From positions 49,209 through 113,208 of the forward strand of contig JBKHYD010000034.1 of NCBI GenBank assembly GCA_046565645.1: a stretch of 64,000 nucleotides of DNA, given 5' to 3'. A program made the translations under genes and the position numbers. The notes under the pieces are model-generated. The model was not told the origin of the DNA. It saw nothing but the letters and a program-made list of their open reading frames with translations, and did no database searches. Origin of the DNA: Acidimicrobiia bacterium (GTDB lineage Bacteria; Actinomycetota; Acidimicrobiia; Acidimicrobiales; VFJN01). Positions 36,724 through 45,944 of this stretch are shown here, in pieces. How positions within the stretch are numbered: the stretch's first letter is position 1; every line of letters starts with the position of its first letter.

Positions 36724-37008
36724 TCAGGGCCTGATCGCGCCCTCCGCAGGACCGCGGCACGCGATCCCGGTGAACGCCCCAGCACCCTTCGGCGTCTGCG
36801 TCACACCGGGCCCGGCGGCGTCCTCGAGGCCGGAGAAGGCGCACGCCGAGGGCACGACGTCGACGTTGCCGACCCTGTCCTCGGGCCCCTCCTCGGCGAG
36901 GATCGGCGTCCCCCGACCCTGCCCGGTGACCTCACCGGCGAGCGCCGCACCGCCCGAGCTGGCGAGTGCGATGGCCGCGACAGCGGCACTGACGATGATC
37001 TTCCTCAT
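36724..37008 (-). CDS. Small secreted protein, unknown function
   Basis: MRKIIVSAAVAAIALASSGGAALA signal peptide, two Cys in the mature part. GGAGGGGGAG SD before ATG 37008. Confidence 0.5.
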   Translation of the reverse strand: MRKIIVSAAVAAIALASSGGAALAGEVTGQGRGTPILAEEGPEDRVGNVDVVPSACAFSGLEDAAGPGVTQTPKGAGAFTGIACRGPAEGAIRP

Positions 37009-37140
37009 GGCTCCCCCTCCGTCCCCCCGGACGTCGCCCGGTAGCGGCACCGTAGACCACCCTCGCCCAGGGGACCACGGCCGGCTCGTGGTCGTCGCCT
37101 CCTGCTCGGTCCCGTACCGGGCATCCCCTCGCCGACGTGG

Positions 37141-37536
37141 TCAGCGTCGAGCCATCAAGGAGTCGAGGGCGTCGCTCACGAGGCGACGGGCCTCCTCGGC
37201 GATCGGGACGACCGAGGCCTTGCCGGTGAGGGTGGCCATCACGCCCGGGTCCATGGCGTCGACCTCGACGCCCCGGTCGGTCTCTCGCACCACGACGTTG
37301 CAGGGCAGCAGCACGCCGATCAGCGGTTCGGCGTCGAGCGCCCGGCCAGCCAGGCCGGGGTTGCAGGCCCCGACGATGACGTAGCGACCCATGTCCTTGC
37401 CGATCTTGGCCTTCAGCGTGGCCTGCACGTCGATCTCCGTGAGCACCCCGAAGCCCTGGGCGGCGAGGGCCTCCTTGGTCCGCACCAGCGCCTCGTCGAA
37501 CGGCAGGTCCAGGACCACCGACTCCTCGAACACCAT
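37141..37536 (-). CDS. DUF302 domain protein
   Basis: MVFEESVVLDLPFDEALVRTKEALAAQGFGVLTEIDVQATLKAKIG...VIVGACNP...LLPCNVVV. GAGGAGG SD. The upstream 197 aa of the ORF-track entry are spurious. Confidence 0.8.
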   Translation of the reverse strand: MVFEESVVLDLPFDEALVRTKEALAAQGFGVLTEIDVQATLKAKIGKDMGRYVIVGACNPGLAGRALDAEPLIGVLLPCNVVVRETDRGVEVDAMDPGVMATLTGKASVVPIAEEARRLVSDALDSLMARR

Positions 37537-37646
37537 CTCGGGACCTCCTCGGGTCGTCTCGGGCCACCGTAGGCCCCGGGACCATCGCCCGGGCAGGGCC
37601 AGAGGGCCCCTACCCCCTGGGATCCGACCCGATCCGGCTGGTTCCC

Positions 37647-38282
37647 TCAGGCTCGGTCGGTGCGCCGGAGGACCCGGAGGCTGCCGACGGCCCGGACCTC
37701 CTCGAACCGGCCCGACTCGAGCGCAGGCCGGTAGATGTGGTCGTGCGGGGCCTGGCCGCCGTCGGCCGGGTCGGCGAACACGTCGTGGATGCAGAGCGTG
37801 CCGCCCGGGACCACGTGCGGGGTCCAGCCCTCGTAGTCGAGCCGGGCCGGCTCGGCGCCGTGGCCGCCGTCGACGAAGAGGAAGGCGAGGGGCGTGGCCC
37901 ACGCCGAGGCCACCGTCGGCGAGTCCCCCACCACCGCCACGACGGTCCCCTCGAGCCCGGCGTCGTGGATCGTCCTCCGGAACACCGGCAGCGTGTCCAT
38001 CTTCCCGACGGCGGGGTCGACGAGGTCGGGCTCGTGCCACTCCCAGCCGGGCTGGTTCTCCTCGGAGCCCCGGTGGTGGTCCACGGTGAACAGGACCCGG
38101 CCCAGATCCCGGGCGGCGGCCCCGATCCACACCGAGGACTTGCCGCAGTAGGTGCCCACCTCGAGCAGCGGGCCCCGGACGGCCACGCCGAGCGCGGCCT
38201 CGTAGAGGGCGTCACCCTCAGCGGGCGGCATGAACCCGCGCGCCGCTTCGGCGTGCCGGCGCAGCTCGGGGTCCATCACCAT
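37647..38282 (-). CDS. Class I SAM-dependent methyltransferase (Methyltransf_24 / O-MT-like)
   Basis: LLEVGTYCGKSSVWIGAAAR, AFLFVDGGHG, GGTLCIHDV. Start ATG 38282 overlaps the nitroreductase stop. Confidence 0.75.
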   Translation of the reverse strand: MVMDPELRRHAEAARGFMPPAEGDALYEAALGVAVRGPLLEVGTYCGKSSVWIGAAARDLGRVLFTVDHHRGSEENQPGWEWHEPDLVDPAVGKMDTLPVFRRTIHDAGLEGTVVAVVGDSPTVASAWATPLAFLFVDGGHGAEPARLDYEGWTPHVVPGGTLCIHDVFADPADGGQAPHDHIYRPALESGRFEEVRAVGSLRVLRRTDRA

Positions 38283-38932
38283 CCGTCGTGGTGGATGATC
38301 CGATCCAGGTCCCGGCGAGGAGCGGGCTTGAAGTCGGTGCCCAGCGTGTGGGCGACGGGGATGAGGGCGCCCTGCATCACGTGGTCGGGCAGCCCGAGCA
38401 GCTCGGCCGCCGCCTTCTCCTGGATCAGGTGCAGGGTGGTCCAGCAGGTGCCGAGCCCCCGGGAGCGGGCGGCCAGCATGAAGCTCCACACGGCCGGCAG
38501 CAGCGATCCCCAGATGGCCGCCTGCAGGGCGACGGGCCCGCTGTCGGTGCGGCCCTGGATCACGGGGATGACGTGGACGGGCACCTCCCCCATGTGCTCG
38601 GCCAGGTACTGGGCCGAGCTGATGACGCGCCGGGTGGCCTCGACGTAGCCCGGGTCGTCCGCGGGCAGCGCCGCCACCGTGGCCTCCGGGTCGCCGTACA
38701 TCATCTCGAACCCCTGCCGGTACCACTCCCCGAGCTGACGGCGCTTGTCGGGATCGGTCACCACGACGAAGTGCCAGCCCTGCGCGTTGCCGCCCGTGGG
38801 AGCCTGCGCCGCCAGCTCGATGCACTCCCGGATCAGCTCGGGCTCGACGGGTCGGGTGAGGTCGAGCCGCTTGCGGACGGAGCGGGTGGTGGAGAGGAGC
38901 TCGTCGGGGGTGAGGTCGAGGACAGGCGGCAT
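38276..38932 (-). CDS. Nitroreductase family protein
   Basis: TTRSVRKRLDLTRPVEPELIRECIELAAQAPTGGNAQGWHFVVV, LAARSRGLGTCWT. Confidence 0.85.
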   Translation of the reverse strand: MPPVLDLTPDELLSTTRSVRKRLDLTRPVEPELIRECIELAAQAPTGGNAQGWHFVVVTDPDKRRQLGEWYRQGFEMMYGDPEATVAALPADDPGYVEATRRVISSAQYLAEHMGEVPVHVIPVIQGRTDSGPVALQAAIWGSLLPAVWSFMLAARSRGLGTCWTTLHLIQEKAAAELLGLPDHVMQGALIPVAHTLGTDFKPAPRRDLDRIIHHDGW

Positions 38933-38966
38933 GGGAGCCGACGCTAACCGGCTCCTGACCGGCCGG

Positions 38967-39443
38967 TCAGGCGGAGCCGACGGCGGCGTCGGGCTCCTGG
39001 GCGAGGACCTCGTCGAGCTCCGGCCGCCCGAACATGATCTGGTCGAGGAAGAGGAACTTCGCCACCCACAAGATGCCGAAGCCACCGATGCTGGCGGCCA
39101 TCACCAGGAGGGTGGACTCCGACACGCCCTTGGCGAGGGTCACCAGCAGCGTGGACAGGACGAGGCCGGCGAGGGTGAACACCCAGAACGGGAGGACCTC
39201 CCGCCGGAAGCTGATCTTGCCGTCGCGGCTCCACACCCAGCGCTTGTTCAGCATGAACACCGGCACGGCGGTGAAGGACACGGCCACGACGTTCGACCAG
39301 GTGGGGTCGAGGTCCAGGATGCCGACGAAGAGCACGAGGAGGCTCTGGGTGATCGTGACGCCGACCACCGACACCATGGAGTACTTCACGGCCAGCTCGC
39401 CGCGACCTCCCGTGACGCGATCCAGCACGGCAGCGGGTGACAT
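38967..39443 (-). CDS. GtrA-family small membrane protein (lipid-linked sugar translocation family)
   Basis: VKYSMVSVVGVTITQSLLVLFV, FMLNKRWVW, four TM segments. It forms the C-terminal part of a spurious fused ORF. Confidence 0.8.
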   Translation of the reverse strand: MSPAAVLDRVTGGRGELAVKYSMVSVVGVTITQSLLVLFVGILDLDPTWSNVVAVSFTAVPVFMLNKRWVWSRDGKISFRREVLPFWVFTLAGLVLSTLLVTLAKGVSESTLLVMAASIGGFGILWVAKFLFLDQIMFGRPELDEVLAQEPDAAVGSA

Positions 39444-39513
39444 CCTCACGACATCGGAGGATACGGGCCCGACCTTGAGGCCATGGCATCGGGGGCCCGC
39501 CGCCGGGCACCCG

Positions 39514-40695
39514 TCAGTCGACGAGGGCGTTGGCCCGAGCCACCCGCCCGAGCCAGCGGGCGCTCTCCTTGGGGGTGCGCCGGAAGGTGGTGCGGTCCAC
39601 CTCGACGAGGCCGAACCGCGGGCCGTACCCGAGGGCCCACTCGAAGTTGTCGAGCAGGCTCCAGCAGGTGTAGCCGCGCACGTCGATGCCGTCCGAGAGG
39701 CAGGCCAGCACCCCCTCGAGCGCCGTGCGGACGTAGGCGAGGCGCTGGGCGTCGTCGTCGGTGCCGATGCCGTTCTCGGTGACGAGGAGCGGCACCTCTC
39801 CGTTCGTGTAGGCCCAGGCCCGTCGGATCGTGGCCTCCAGCGCCTGGGGGTAGTACTCGTAGCCCATCGGGAGGACCGGCACCCCCTCCTCGGGGCCGAG
39901 CCGGCCCTCCGGCCCGATCCGCTGGCGCGAGTAGGTCTGCACGCCGATGAAGTCGTCGCCCGCGGTGGCGTCGAGGAACACGTCCTCCATGCTCCGGCGG
40001 ATCTGGTCCCGCTTCGACTCGCCACCGTCGACGGCCTGGTAGTCGTCCATGGAGAGGGTGAGCCCCACCGGCACGCCGGGGGCCGCGGCGCGGATGGCCT
40101 CCACGGCCTTGCGGTGGGCGTCGACGAAGACCTCGTTGGCCCGCCGACGCAGGTCACGGTCCTGCTTCCCGGGCGGGAACACGCCGAGCAGGTAGCCGAT
40201 GGTGGCCACGATGTTGGGCTCGTTGATCGTGCACGCGCGGCGCATCACGGGGGCCAGGTGGGCGGCGGCGCGCTCGCAGAAGGCGGCGAAGCGGTCGGCG
40301 GTGGCGGGCTCCACCCAGCCGCCCTGGTCGGCCAGCCACCGAGGGGTGGTGAAGTGGTGGAAGGTGATGACGGGCTCGATGCCCGCCTCGAGCAGCGCCT
40401 CGCCGAGCCGGAGGTAGTGGTCGAGCGCGGCGGTGCCGTGCTCGCCGTCCTCCGGTTCGATGCGGCTCCACTCGATGGAGAACCGGTAGGTGCCGAAGCC
40501 GAGCTCGGCCAACAGGGCGACGTCCTCGTCCCAGCGGTTCCAGCTGTCGCAGGCGTCACCGCTGGGTTCCACGCAGGGGCTGCCGGGGGTGTGCTCCCAC
40601 CGCCACCAGTCGTTGTTCCAGTTGCCTCCCTCGATCTGGTGGGCGGCGGTGGCGGTGCCCCAGGCGAACCCGTCGGGAAAGGTGGTGGAGGCCAT
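39514..40695 (-). CDS. Beta-glucosidase (GH1)
   Basis: FPDGFAWGTATAAHQIEGG, YRFSIEWSRIEP, CTINEPN (acid/base), LLVTENGIG (nucleophile). Confidence 0.85.
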   Translation of the reverse strand: MASTTFPDGFAWGTATAAHQIEGGNWNNDWWRWEHTPGSPCVEPSGDACDSWNRWDEDVALLAELGFGTYRFSIEWSRIEPEDGEHGTAALDHYLRLGEALLEAGIEPVITFHHFTTPRWLADQGGWVEPATADRFAAFCERAAAHLAPVMRRACTINEPNIVATIGYLLGVFPPGKQDRDLRRRANEVFVDAHRKAVEAIRAAAPGVPVGLTLSMDDYQAVDGGESKRDQIRRSMEDVFLDATAGDDFIGVQTYSRQRIGPEGRLGPEEGVPVLPMGYEYYPQALEATIRRAWAYTNGEVPLLVTENGIGTDDDAQRLAYVRTALEGVLACLSDGIDVRGYTCWSLLDNFEWALGYGPRFGLVEVDRTTFRRTPKESARWLGRVARANALVD

Positions 40696-40738
40696 GGGGC
40701 GGCAAGGTACCCGGCCCGGGCTACGCGAGGATGAGCGG

Positions 40739-41593
40739 ATGTCCCAGGACGCCGTCGACGCCCTCGTCCGCCTGCTCGACCTCGAGCCCATCGAGGTCAA
40801 CATCTTCCGGGGGGTGTCGCCCGACGAGGACCGCCAGCGGGTCTTCGGGGGCCAGGTGGCCGGCCAGGCGCTGGTGGCGGCGGCCCGCACCGTCGAGCCG
40901 GGCCGCAGCGTCCACTCGCTCCACGCCTACTTCCTGCGACCAGGGGACCCGACGGTCCCGATCCTCTACGACGTCGACCGGATCCGGGACGGTCGCTCGT
41001 TCAGCACCCGCCGGGTCGTGGCCATCCAGCACGGGCGGGCCATCTTCAACGTGCAGGCCAGCTTCCAGGTCCCCGAGGAGGGGCTGGAGCACCAGGACCC
41101 GATGCCCGAGACGCCTGGGCCCGAGACCGTGCCGGACTTCAAGACCCGCATGGCGCCCTACCAGGAGTCGCTCGGCGACTGGTACCACCGGCCCCGCCCG
41201 ATCGACACCCGCCACGTCGACTGGAGCCCCTCGGACCGCAACGAGGCCCTGCCGCCCTACCAGCGGGTGTGGCTGCGAGCCGACGGCCGGCTGACCGACG
41301 ACCCGGTCCTGCACGCCTGCGTGCTCACCTACGCCAGCGACATGACGCTGCTCGACACCACCCTCCTGCCCCACGCCGGCCTCTGGCAGGACCCGAGCCT
41401 CTTCATGGCCAGCCTCGACCACGCCATGTGGTTCCACCGGCCGTTCCGGGCCGACGAGTGGCTGCTCTACAGCCAGGACACCCCCACCGCGTCGGCCGGG
41501 CGGGGCCTCGGCCGGGGCAGCATCTTCACCGCCGACGGCAGCCTCGCCGTCACGGTGGTGCAAGAAGGCCTGATCCGGGTGGGACGGCCGTGA
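40739..41593 (+). CDS. tesB: Acyl-CoA thioesterase II
   Basis: LDLEPIEVNIFRG, VFGGQVAGQAL, SLHAYFLRPGD, DGRSFSTRRV, double hot-dog. Confidence 0.85.
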   Translation: MSQDAVDALVRLLDLEPIEVNIFRGVSPDEDRQRVFGGQVAGQALVAAARTVEPGRSVHSLHAYFLRPGDPTVPILYDVDRIRDGRSFSTRRVVAIQHGRAIFNVQASFQVPEEGLEHQDPMPETPGPETVPDFKTRMAPYQESLGDWYHRPRPIDTRHVDWSPSDRNEALPPYQRVWLRADGRLTDDPVLHACVLTYASDMTLLDTTLLPHAGLWQDPSLFMASLDHAMWFHRPFRADEWLLYSQDTPTASAGRGLGRGSIFTADGSLAVTVVQEGLIRVGRP

Positions 41594-42855
41594 GCCGCTC
41601 CCGTCGAGCGCTCCCGCTCCTCGTCGCCGCCGCGCTCGCCGCGTGCACCGGCACACGGGGAGAGGAGCCCGGCAACGAGGTCGAGGGCGACCCGACCACC
41701 ACCGCCACCGAGCCGGCCGTCGAGACGACCTCCACCGCGCCGATCGAGCCCACGCTCGACGAGGTGTCGCTGACCCTGCAGGAGATCGCGGTGGCGGAGA
41801 ACCCTGTCGCCCTTGCGGCCCGGCCCAGCTCACCGGACCTCTACGTCGCCGAGAAGGGCGGTCGTGTGCTCCGCATCGCCGTCACCACGTCCGGTCGGGA
41901 CGAGACCCCCAGGTACCAGATCCAGCGGACACCGGTCCTCGACCTCTCCGACGAGGTCATCGACGAAGGCGAGCGGGGACTGCTCGGGCTGGCCTTCTCC
42001 ACCGACGGCCGACGCCTGTACGTCGACTACACGGCTGAGCCGGACGGCCGCACCATGGTCGTGGAGTACGAGCTCGGCGACCGCGACGCCGTGGAGCGCG
42101 ACTCGCGTCGGGTGCTGCTCGAGGTCGAGCAGCCCTACGCCAACCACAACGGCGGCCACCTGGCCGTCGGGCGGGACGGGTTCCTCTACATCGGGCTCGG
42201 CGACGGCGGGGGCGGTGGGGATCCCGAGGAGCACGGCCAGAACCCCGAGACGCTGCTGGGGTCGATCCTGCGCATCGACCCGCTCGCCCCCTCGGAGTCG
42301 CTCCCCTACGCCGTGCCGCCGGGCAACCCCTTCGCCGACGCCGCCGGCGGCGCCCCGGAGGTGTGGCTGTACGGGGTGCGCAACCCGTGGCGCTTCTCCT
42401 TCGACCGCACCACCGGGGACCTCTGGGTGGCCGACGTGGGCCAGAACGCCTGGGAGGAGATCACCTGGCTGCCGGCCACCGGCGGGTTCGACGCCGGGCG
42501 CGGCGCGAACCTCGGGTGGAACGAGGTCGAGGGCACGCACGAGTTCGACGGCGACAACCCGGAGGGGGCGGTGCTCCCGATCCACGAGTACAGCCACGAC
42601 GACGGCGCCTGCTCGATCACCGGCGGCTACCTCTACCGGGGTTCGGCGATCCCAGACCTCCAGGGGGCGTACCTCTTCGCCGACTACTGCGCCCCCGGGC
42701 TGCGGGCCATCCAGGTACACGACGGCGCCGTGCTGGCCGAACGGGCCTGGCCCGAGCTGGGCGGTCCGCAGATCCAGTCCTTCGGGGAGGACGGCGACGG
42801 CGAGCTCTACGTCCTGTCGGCGGCGGGGCCGATCTCCAAGGTGGTCCCCGGGTGA
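41590..42855 (+). CDS. PQQ-dependent sugar dehydrogenase (soluble aldose/sorbosone dehydrogenase family) lipoprotein
   Basis: Lipobox LLVAAALAAC, GLLGLAF, NHNGGHLAVGRDGFLYIGLGDGG, YGVRNPWRFSFD. GTGA overlap with tesB. Confidence 0.8.
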   Translation: MSRSRRALPLLVAAALAACTGTRGEEPGNEVEGDPTTTATEPAVETTSTAPIEPTLDEVSLTLQEIAVAENPVALAARPSSPDLYVAEKGGRVLRIAVTTSGRDETPRYQIQRTPVLDLSDEVIDEGERGLLGLAFSTDGRRLYVDYTAEPDGRTMVVEYELGDRDAVERDSRRVLLEVEQPYANHNGGHLAVGRDGFLYIGLGDGGGGGDPEEHGQNPETLLGSILRIDPLAPSESLPYAVPPGNPFADAAGGAPEVWLYGVRNPWRFSFDRTTGDLWVADVGQNAWEEITWLPATGGFDAGRGANLGWNEVEGTHEFDGDNPEGAVLPIHEYSHDDGACSITGGYLYRGSAIPDLQGAYLFADYCAPGLRAIQVHDGAVLAERAWPELGGPQIQSFGEDGDGELYVLSAAGPISKVVPG

Positions 42856-43205
42856 CCGAGCCGGCGCCCCGGGTCTTCCACCTGACAACGGCCGAGGCGT
42901 GGGCCCGCGCCCAGCACGACGGCGAGCTCGTGCCGGCCGGCTTCGCAGACGAGGGCTTCGTGCACTGCTCGACCCTGGAGCAGCTCGTGGGCACGATCCA
43001 GCGCCACTTTCCCCACGCCGCCTCCCTGGTCCTCCTCGAGCTCGCCCCGGAGCCGGTGGCGGCCGACCTCCGCTGGGAGGAGAGCCGTCCCGGTGAGCGG
43101 TACCCGCACCTCTACCGACCGCTGCGGGCGACGGACGTGCACACCGCCTGGGAGTGGCAGCGCGGCCCCGACGGTGGCGTGGAGCTGCCCGCCGACCTCG
43201 TCTGA
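42852..43205 (+). CDS. DUF952 domain protein
   Basis: VFHLTTAEAWARAQHDGELVPAGFADEGFVHCSTLEQL. GTGA overlap with the upstream gene. Confidence 0.75.
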   Translation: MTEPAPRVFHLTTAEAWARAQHDGELVPAGFADEGFVHCSTLEQLVGTIQRHFPHAASLVLLELAPEPVAADLRWEESRPGERYPHLYRPLRATDVHTAWEWQRGPDGGVELPADLV

Positions 43206-43208
43206 CCC

Positions 43209-44012
43209 TCAGCGGCGCCGCAGCACCGGCGCCGCCCAGCCGTCCTCCTCGCCGCAGGCCACCTCGTCGGCCCCCGGGTAGGCGGCGACCACCGCCGGGA
43301 CCTGGTCGGCCAGCAGGCCGCTCAGCACGAGCGTGCCGCCCGGCGCGGCGAGGGCGAGCAGGTCCGGTGCGAGCTCCACGAGCACGCGCTGGCCGATGTT
43401 GGCGACCACCAGGTCGAAGGCCCCGGTCACCTCGCCGAGCGGGCCCAGGCTCGGGTCGATGCGGTCCGCCACGCCGTTGGCGGCGGCGTTGGCGGCCGTG
43501 GCCCGCACCGCCTCTGGGTCCACGTCCACTGCGGTCACGTGCCTCGAACCGAGCCGGGCCGCCACCACCGCCAGCACGCCGCTGCCGCACCCGACGTCGA
43601 GCACCCGGTCGCCCGGGCCGTGCGCCTCGATGGCGGCCACGGCCAGCCGGGTGGCGGGGTGGGAGCCGGATCCGAAGGCCCGCCCGGGGTCGAGCACCAC
43701 GACGACGTCGTCGGCCGCCACCGCCTCGATGGGGAGCCAGGCCGGGTGGAGCACGACGCGACGTCCGGCCCGCACCGGGCGGGCGTGCGCTCGCCACGCG
43801 TCGAGGACCGAGTCGTCGACCGGGACCGCCTGGGCTCCCCATCGACCCCCCACCGCTCCGAGGTCGAGCACCTCCGCGGTGAGGAGCACGAGGCCGGGTC
43901 CGCTCGGCACCTCGGCGACGGCGCTGGCCCCGGCCTCCCACATGGCGTCGGCGGCCAGCTCCGCCTCTCGGGTCGGGACCTCCACCCGCACCACCACGCG
44001 CTCCTCGGCCAT
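43209..44012 (-). CDS. prmA: Ribosomal protein L11 methyltransferase-like SAM methyltransferase
   Basis: LDPGRAFGSGSHPATRLA, VLDVGCGSGVLAV, DLVVANI. ATG with TACCCT 6 nt upstream. Confidence 0.75.
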   Translation of the reverse strand: MAEERVVVRVEVPTREAELAADAMWEAGASAVAEVPSGPGLVLLTAEVLDLGAVGGRWGAQAVPVDDSVLDAWRAHARPVRAGRRVVLHPAWLPIEAVAADDVVVVLDPGRAFGSGSHPATRLAVAAIEAHGPGDRVLDVGCGSGVLAVVAARLGSRHVTAVDVDPEAVRATAANAAANGVADRIDPSLGPLGEVTGAFDLVVANIGQRVLVELAPDLLALAAPGGTLVLSGLLADQVPAVVAAYPGADEVACGEEDGWAAPVLRRR

Positions 44013-44101
44013 CGCCGGAGGGTACTCCCGGGCTCGCAGCCCTGACCCTGAGGGCGGGCGAGGCGGGGAGGCGGGGCAACGCCCGTAGCCTGGGTCACCT
44101 G

Positions 44102-45085
44102 ATGCGACGCCTGTCCCCCGCTGCCGTCGTGGCCGCCATCGTGGCCGTCGCCGTGCTGACCGCCGGGACCTGGGAGCTCACCCGAAGCGAGGAGGTCGCC
44201 CCGAGCACCACCACCTCGGAGCCTCCGGCCACCACCTCGACCACCGAGGCGCCGAGCACCACCACGACCACCGCCGCCGCCACCACCACGACCGAGCCCG
44301 TCGACGTGTTCGCCCTCCAGCCGCCGCCCGCCGCCGGCGATCCGGTCGCCCTGGCCGCCCAGATCGAGGCGGCCGAGGCGGCCATCCGCGACCCGGCCAG
44401 CAGCGCGGTGGAGCTGGCCACCGCCGCGCTCTCCCAGCAGGTGGCCTACCGGGCCCTCGGCGCGAGGCCCGAGTGGGACGGGGAGGTGCTGGCCAGGCTC
44501 CCGGAGGCCCTCCGCGGCCCGGCCCAGCTCCACGTGGCGGCCCGCCGCGAGTTCCGAGCGATGCACCGGACGCTGTCCCCCACCATCCCGGCGTGGCAGA
44601 TCGTCCCGCCGGCCCCGGCCGACGAGCTCCTCGCCCATTACCAGGCCGCCGAGGCCGAGTTCGGCATCCCGTGGCAGTACCTGGCCGCCATCAACCTCGT
44701 CGAGACGGCCACCGGCCGCATCCGGGGCACCTCCGTTGCGGGCGCCCAGGGCCCGATGCAGTTCATGCCTGCCACCTGGGAGGCCTACGGCGCCGGGGGC
44801 GACGTGAACGACCACCGCGACGCGATCATGGGCGCAGCCCGGTACCTGGCCGCCAACAACGGCGCCCAGGACATCGACTTCGCCCTGTTCCGCTACAACC
44901 GGAGCCAGCGCTACGTGCGAGGCGTCAAGCTCTACGCCGACCTCGTCGCCGAGCACCCACGCGCCTGGTTCGGCCTCTACCACTGGGGCGTCTGGTACCT
45001 CTCCGAGGCGGGCGAGGTCTACCTGCCGGTCGGCTTCCACGCCACCGAGCCGATCCCCGCCCGCGACTACCTCGCGTCTCGCTGA
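44102..45085 (+). CDS. Secreted lytic transglycosylase-domain protein with Thr-rich linker
   Basis: N-terminal TM/signal, TTTSEPPATTSTTEAPSTTTTTAAATTTTEP linker, WQYLAAINLVETATGR, AQGPMQFMPATW, AARYL. Confidence 0.75.
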   Translation: MRRLSPAAVVAAIVAVAVLTAGTWELTRSEEVAPSTTTSEPPATTSTTEAPSTTTTTAAATTTTEPVDVFALQPPPAAGDPVALAAQIEAAEAAIRDPASSAVELATAALSQQVAYRALGARPEWDGEVLARLPEALRGPAQLHVAARREFRAMHRTLSPTIPAWQIVPPAPADELLAHYQAAEAEFGIPWQYLAAINLVETATGRIRGTSVAGAQGPMQFMPATWEAYGAGGDVNDHRDAIMGAARYLAANNGAQDIDFALFRYNRSQRYVRGVKLYADLVAEHPRAWFGLYHWGVWYLSEAGEVYLPVGFHATEPIPARDYLASR

Positions 45086-45127
45086 GCCCGATCGGCGGCC
45101 GGCTGCGGTCACCTACGCTCGGCGGCC

Positions 45128-45850
45128 GTGCCCGAGACCGAGACCGACGCCCGCCCCGACGAGCCCCCCACCTTCCGGCAGCACCGGTTCACCCCGCCGC
45201 CGGGAAGCACGGAGCTGATCCTCGTCCGCCACGGTGAGTCCGAGCCGGCCGTGCGCGGGCGGCCGTTCCCGACCATCGACGGCCACGGCGACCCGGCGCT
45301 GTCCCCGGAGGGACGGGAGCAGGCGGCCAAGGTCTGCGCCCGGCTGGCCAGCGAGCACATCGACGCCATCTACGTGACGAAGCTCCGCCGGACGCAGGAG
45401 ACGGCGGCCGCCCTCGTGCTCAGCAGCGGCCTCGACCCGATCGTCGACCCGGACCTCCACGAGGTGCACCTCGGCGAGTGGGAAGGCGGCGCCTTCCGGT
45501 GGCACGTCGCCGAGGGCCACCCCGCCGCGCTGCGCATGTTCGAGGAGGAGCGCTGGGACGTGATCCCGGGGGCCGAGCCCCAGGCGGACTTCGCGGCCCG
45601 GGTGCAGCGCGGCGTCGAGCGGATCGCGGCGGCCCACCCGGATCAGCGGGTCGCCGTGTTCACCCACGGCGGGGTCATCGGCCAGATCCTCGCCCACGCC
45701 ACCGGAGCGCGGGGCTTCGCCTTCGCCGGGTGCGACAACGCCTCGATCTCCCACCTGGTCGTCCAAGGGCCACGGTGGGTGCTGCGGCGCTTCAACGACA
45801 CCACCCACCTGGACGAGGCGCTCACCACCGCCGCACAGCCCCCCACGTGA
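45128..45850 (+). CDS. Histidine phosphatase (phosphoglycerate-mutase-like) family protein
   Basis: LILVRHGES (RHG), LRRTQETA, VFTHGGVI. Confidence 0.8.
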   Translation: MPETETDARPDEPPTFRQHRFTPPPGSTELILVRHGESEPAVRGRPFPTIDGHGDPALSPEGREQAAKVCARLASEHIDAIYVTKLRRTQETAAALVLSSGLDPIVDPDLHEVHLGEWEGGAFRWHVAEGHPAALRMFEEERWDVIPGAEPQADFAARVQRGVERIAAAHPDQRVAVFTHGGVIGQILAHATGARGFAFAGCDNASISHLVVQGPRWVLRRFNDTTHLDEALTTAAQPPT

Positions 45851-45944
45851 CGGCGCCTCAGCGCAGGTTCTTGCACGGATGATGTGAAGATCGGCGGAGG
45901 CCGCCGGTAGCGTCAGCCGGCGTGACGGGGACCGGGGGACGATC

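Noticed and set aside
44013-44101. Possible ydaO/c-di-AMP-type riboswitch upstream of the lytic transglycosylase gene. Such leaders precede cell-wall hydrolases in actinobacteria.
   Set aside because: The gap is only 89 nt. Part of it is the prmA -10/start region on the other strand. I cannot find the conserved ydaO sequence blocks.
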